Below, in pieces: positions 61,890-64,000 of a stretch of DNA of 64,000 bases (its first letter is position 1; the number at the start of each line of letters is the position of its first letter). The notes beneath the pieces are model-generated. The model ran no database searches. It worked only from the letters and a program-made list of their open reading frames with translations, and was not told the origin of the DNA. Made by a program: the position numbers and the translations under genes. Origin of the DNA: Takakia lepidozioides (Eukaryota; Plantae; Bryophyta); contig CM060731.1 of assembly GCA_030704615.1 (NCBI GenBank), positions 50,840,001-50,904,000 of the forward strand. The letters are read 5' to 3'.

Positions 61890-64000
61890 GAACCCTTCAC
61901 TGCCAGCCCAGACAGTGTGCGGCAACGCACACTGTTTGAGCTGAGCATTTCAATGTTTCTGGGTGCAAAATTTGGACTTCAGGGGCACCTGTGTGAGTGT
62001 GAAAAGAACCCTTCACTGCCAGCCCAGACAGTGTGCGGCAACGCACACTGTTTGAGCTGAGCATTTCAATGTTTATGGGTGCAAAATTTGGACTTCAGGG
62101 GCACCTGTGTGAGTGTGAAATGAACCCTTCACTGCCAGCTCAGACAGTGTGCGGCAACGCACACTGTTTGAGCTGGGCATTTCGGTGTTTCTGGGTGCAA
62201 AATTTGGTCTTTGCTGTCTGTTATCTGAGGTTGAAATGAACCCTTCAAAACCAGCTCAAACAGCGTGCGGCAACGCACAATGTTTGAGCAGACCTTTTCA
62301 ATGTTTTAGGGTTCAAAATTTGGTCTTGATGTCTGTTATGTTAGTGTGAAATGAACCCTTCACTGCCAGCTCAGACAGTGTGCGGCAACGCACACTGTTT
62401 GAGCTGAGCATTTCAATGTTTCTGGATGCAAAATTGGACTTCAGGGGCACCTGTGTGAGTGTGAAATGAACCCTTCACTGCCAGCCAGACAGTGTGCGGC
62501 AACGCACACTGTTTGAGCTGAGCATTTCAATGTTTCTGGGTGCAAAAATTGGACTTCAGGGGCACCAGTGTGAGTGTGAAATGAACCCTTCACTGCCAGC
62601 TCAGACAGTGTGCGGCAACGCACACTGTTTGAGCTGAGCATTTCAATGTTTCTGGGTGAAATATTTGGACTTCAGGGGCACCTGTGTGAGTGTGAAAAGA
62701 ACCCTTCACTGCCAGCTCAGACAGTGTGCGGCAACGCACACTGTTTGAGCTGAGCATTTCAATGTTTCTGGGTGAAATATTTGGACTTCAGGGGCACCTG
62801 TGTGAGTGTGAAAAGAACCCTTCACTGCCAGCTCAGACAGTGTGCGGCAACGCACACTGTTTGAGCTGAGCATTTCAATGTTTCTGGATGCAAAAATTGG
62901 ACTTCAGGGGCACCTGTGTGAGTGTGAAAAGAACCCTTCACTGCCAGCCCAGACAGTGTGCGGCAACGCACACTGTTTGAGCTGAGCATTTCAATGTTTC
63001 TGGGTGAAATATTTGGACTTCAGGGGCACCTGTGTGAGTGTGAAATGAACCCTTCACTGCCAGCTCAGACAGTGTGCGGCAACGCACACTGTTTGAGCTG
63101 AGCATTTCAATGTTTCTGGATGCAAAAATTGGACTTCAGGGGCACCTGTGTGAGTGTGAAATGAACCCTTCACTGCCAGCTCAGACAGTGTGCGGCAACG
63201 CACACTGTTTGAGCTGAGCATTTCAATGTTTCTGGATGCAAAAATTGGACTTCAGGGGCACCTGTGTGAGTGTGAAATGAACCCTTCACTGCCAGCTCAG
63301 ACAGTGTGCGGCAACGCACACTGTTTGAGCTGAGCATTTCAATGTTTCTGGATGCAAAAATTGGACTTCAGGGGCACCTGTGTGAGTGTGAAATGAACCC
63401 TTCACTGCCAGCTCAGACAGTGTGCGGCAACGCACACTGTTTGAGCTGAGCATTTCAATGTTTCTGGATGCAAAAATTGGACTTCAGGGGCACCTGTGTG
63501 AGTGTGAAATGAACCCTTCACTGCCAGCTCAGACAGTGTGCGGCAACGCACACTGTTTGAGCTGAGCATTTCAATGTTTCTGGGTGAAATATTTGGACTT
63601 CAGGGGCACCTGTGTGAGTGTGAAAAGAACCCTTCACTGCCAGCTCAGACAGTGTGCGGCAACGCACACTGTTTGAGCTGAGCATTTCAATGTTTCTGGC
63701 TGCAAAAATTGGACTTCAGGGGCACCTGTGTGAGTGTGAAAAGAACCCTTCACTGCCAGCCCAGACAGTGTGCGGCAACGCACACTGTTTGAGCTGAGCA
63801 TTTCAATGTTTCTGGGTGAAATATTTGGACTTCAGGGGCACCTGTGTGAGTGTGAAAAGAACCCTTCACTGCCAGCTCAGACAGTGTGCGGCAACGCACA
63901 CTGTTTGAGCTGAGCATTTCAATGTTTCTGGATGCAAAAATTGGACTTCAGGGGCACCTGTGTGAGTGTGAAATGAACCCTTCACTGCCAGCTCAGACAG
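61890..64000. repeat. 116-bp tandem satellite, about 18 copies, running off the window end; each monomer has an 18-bp-stem hairpin
   Basis: Period 116 (63061 to 63177). Monomer contains CAGCTCAGACAGTGTGCG-GCAA-CGCACACTGTTTGAGCTG. Confidence 0.97.

Noticed and set aside
61890-64000. CRISPR-like array (hairpin repeats at a regular period)
   Set aside because: The sequence between hairpins is also repeated, so there are no unique spacers. No cas genes, and the context is eukaryotic.

Overview
Eukaryotic genomic DNA with spliceosomal introns and many transposable elements (TEs). The gene and TE families suggest a non-seed land plant (bryophyte, lycophyte or fern); this is an inference. Host genes: a 3-exon membrane-protein gene (2.4-3.7 kb), the last three exons of a TPR gene (22.0-23.4 kb, 5' exons not found in the window), a TIR-NB-ARC-LRR gene (24.5-39.5 kb) with a triplicated TIR module and about 73 LRRs, and a double-trihelix pseudogene (45.4-47.6 kb). 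TEs: Ty3 LTR elements, LINE fragments, tRNA-derived SINEs, CACTA-like ends, and three copies of a GCM-like/MULE/SWIM transposase, one apparently intact (56.9-60.5 kb). The most striking candidate new system is an intron-containing gene fusing a ParB/Srx-like domain (WDGNHR) to a beta-class N6/N4 DNA-methyltransferase-like domain (4.9-9.4 kb). A second ParB fragment lies at 53.6-54.2 kb, head-to-head with a MULE transposase remnant. The fusion gene is flanked and interrupted by arrays of GGCGCC-centred palindromes and is followed by a terminal motif related to motifs at the intact MULE. I propose a large DNA transposon carrying a ParB-MTase module plus candidate binding-site arrays. Domain calls come from motifs read by eye, not database searches.
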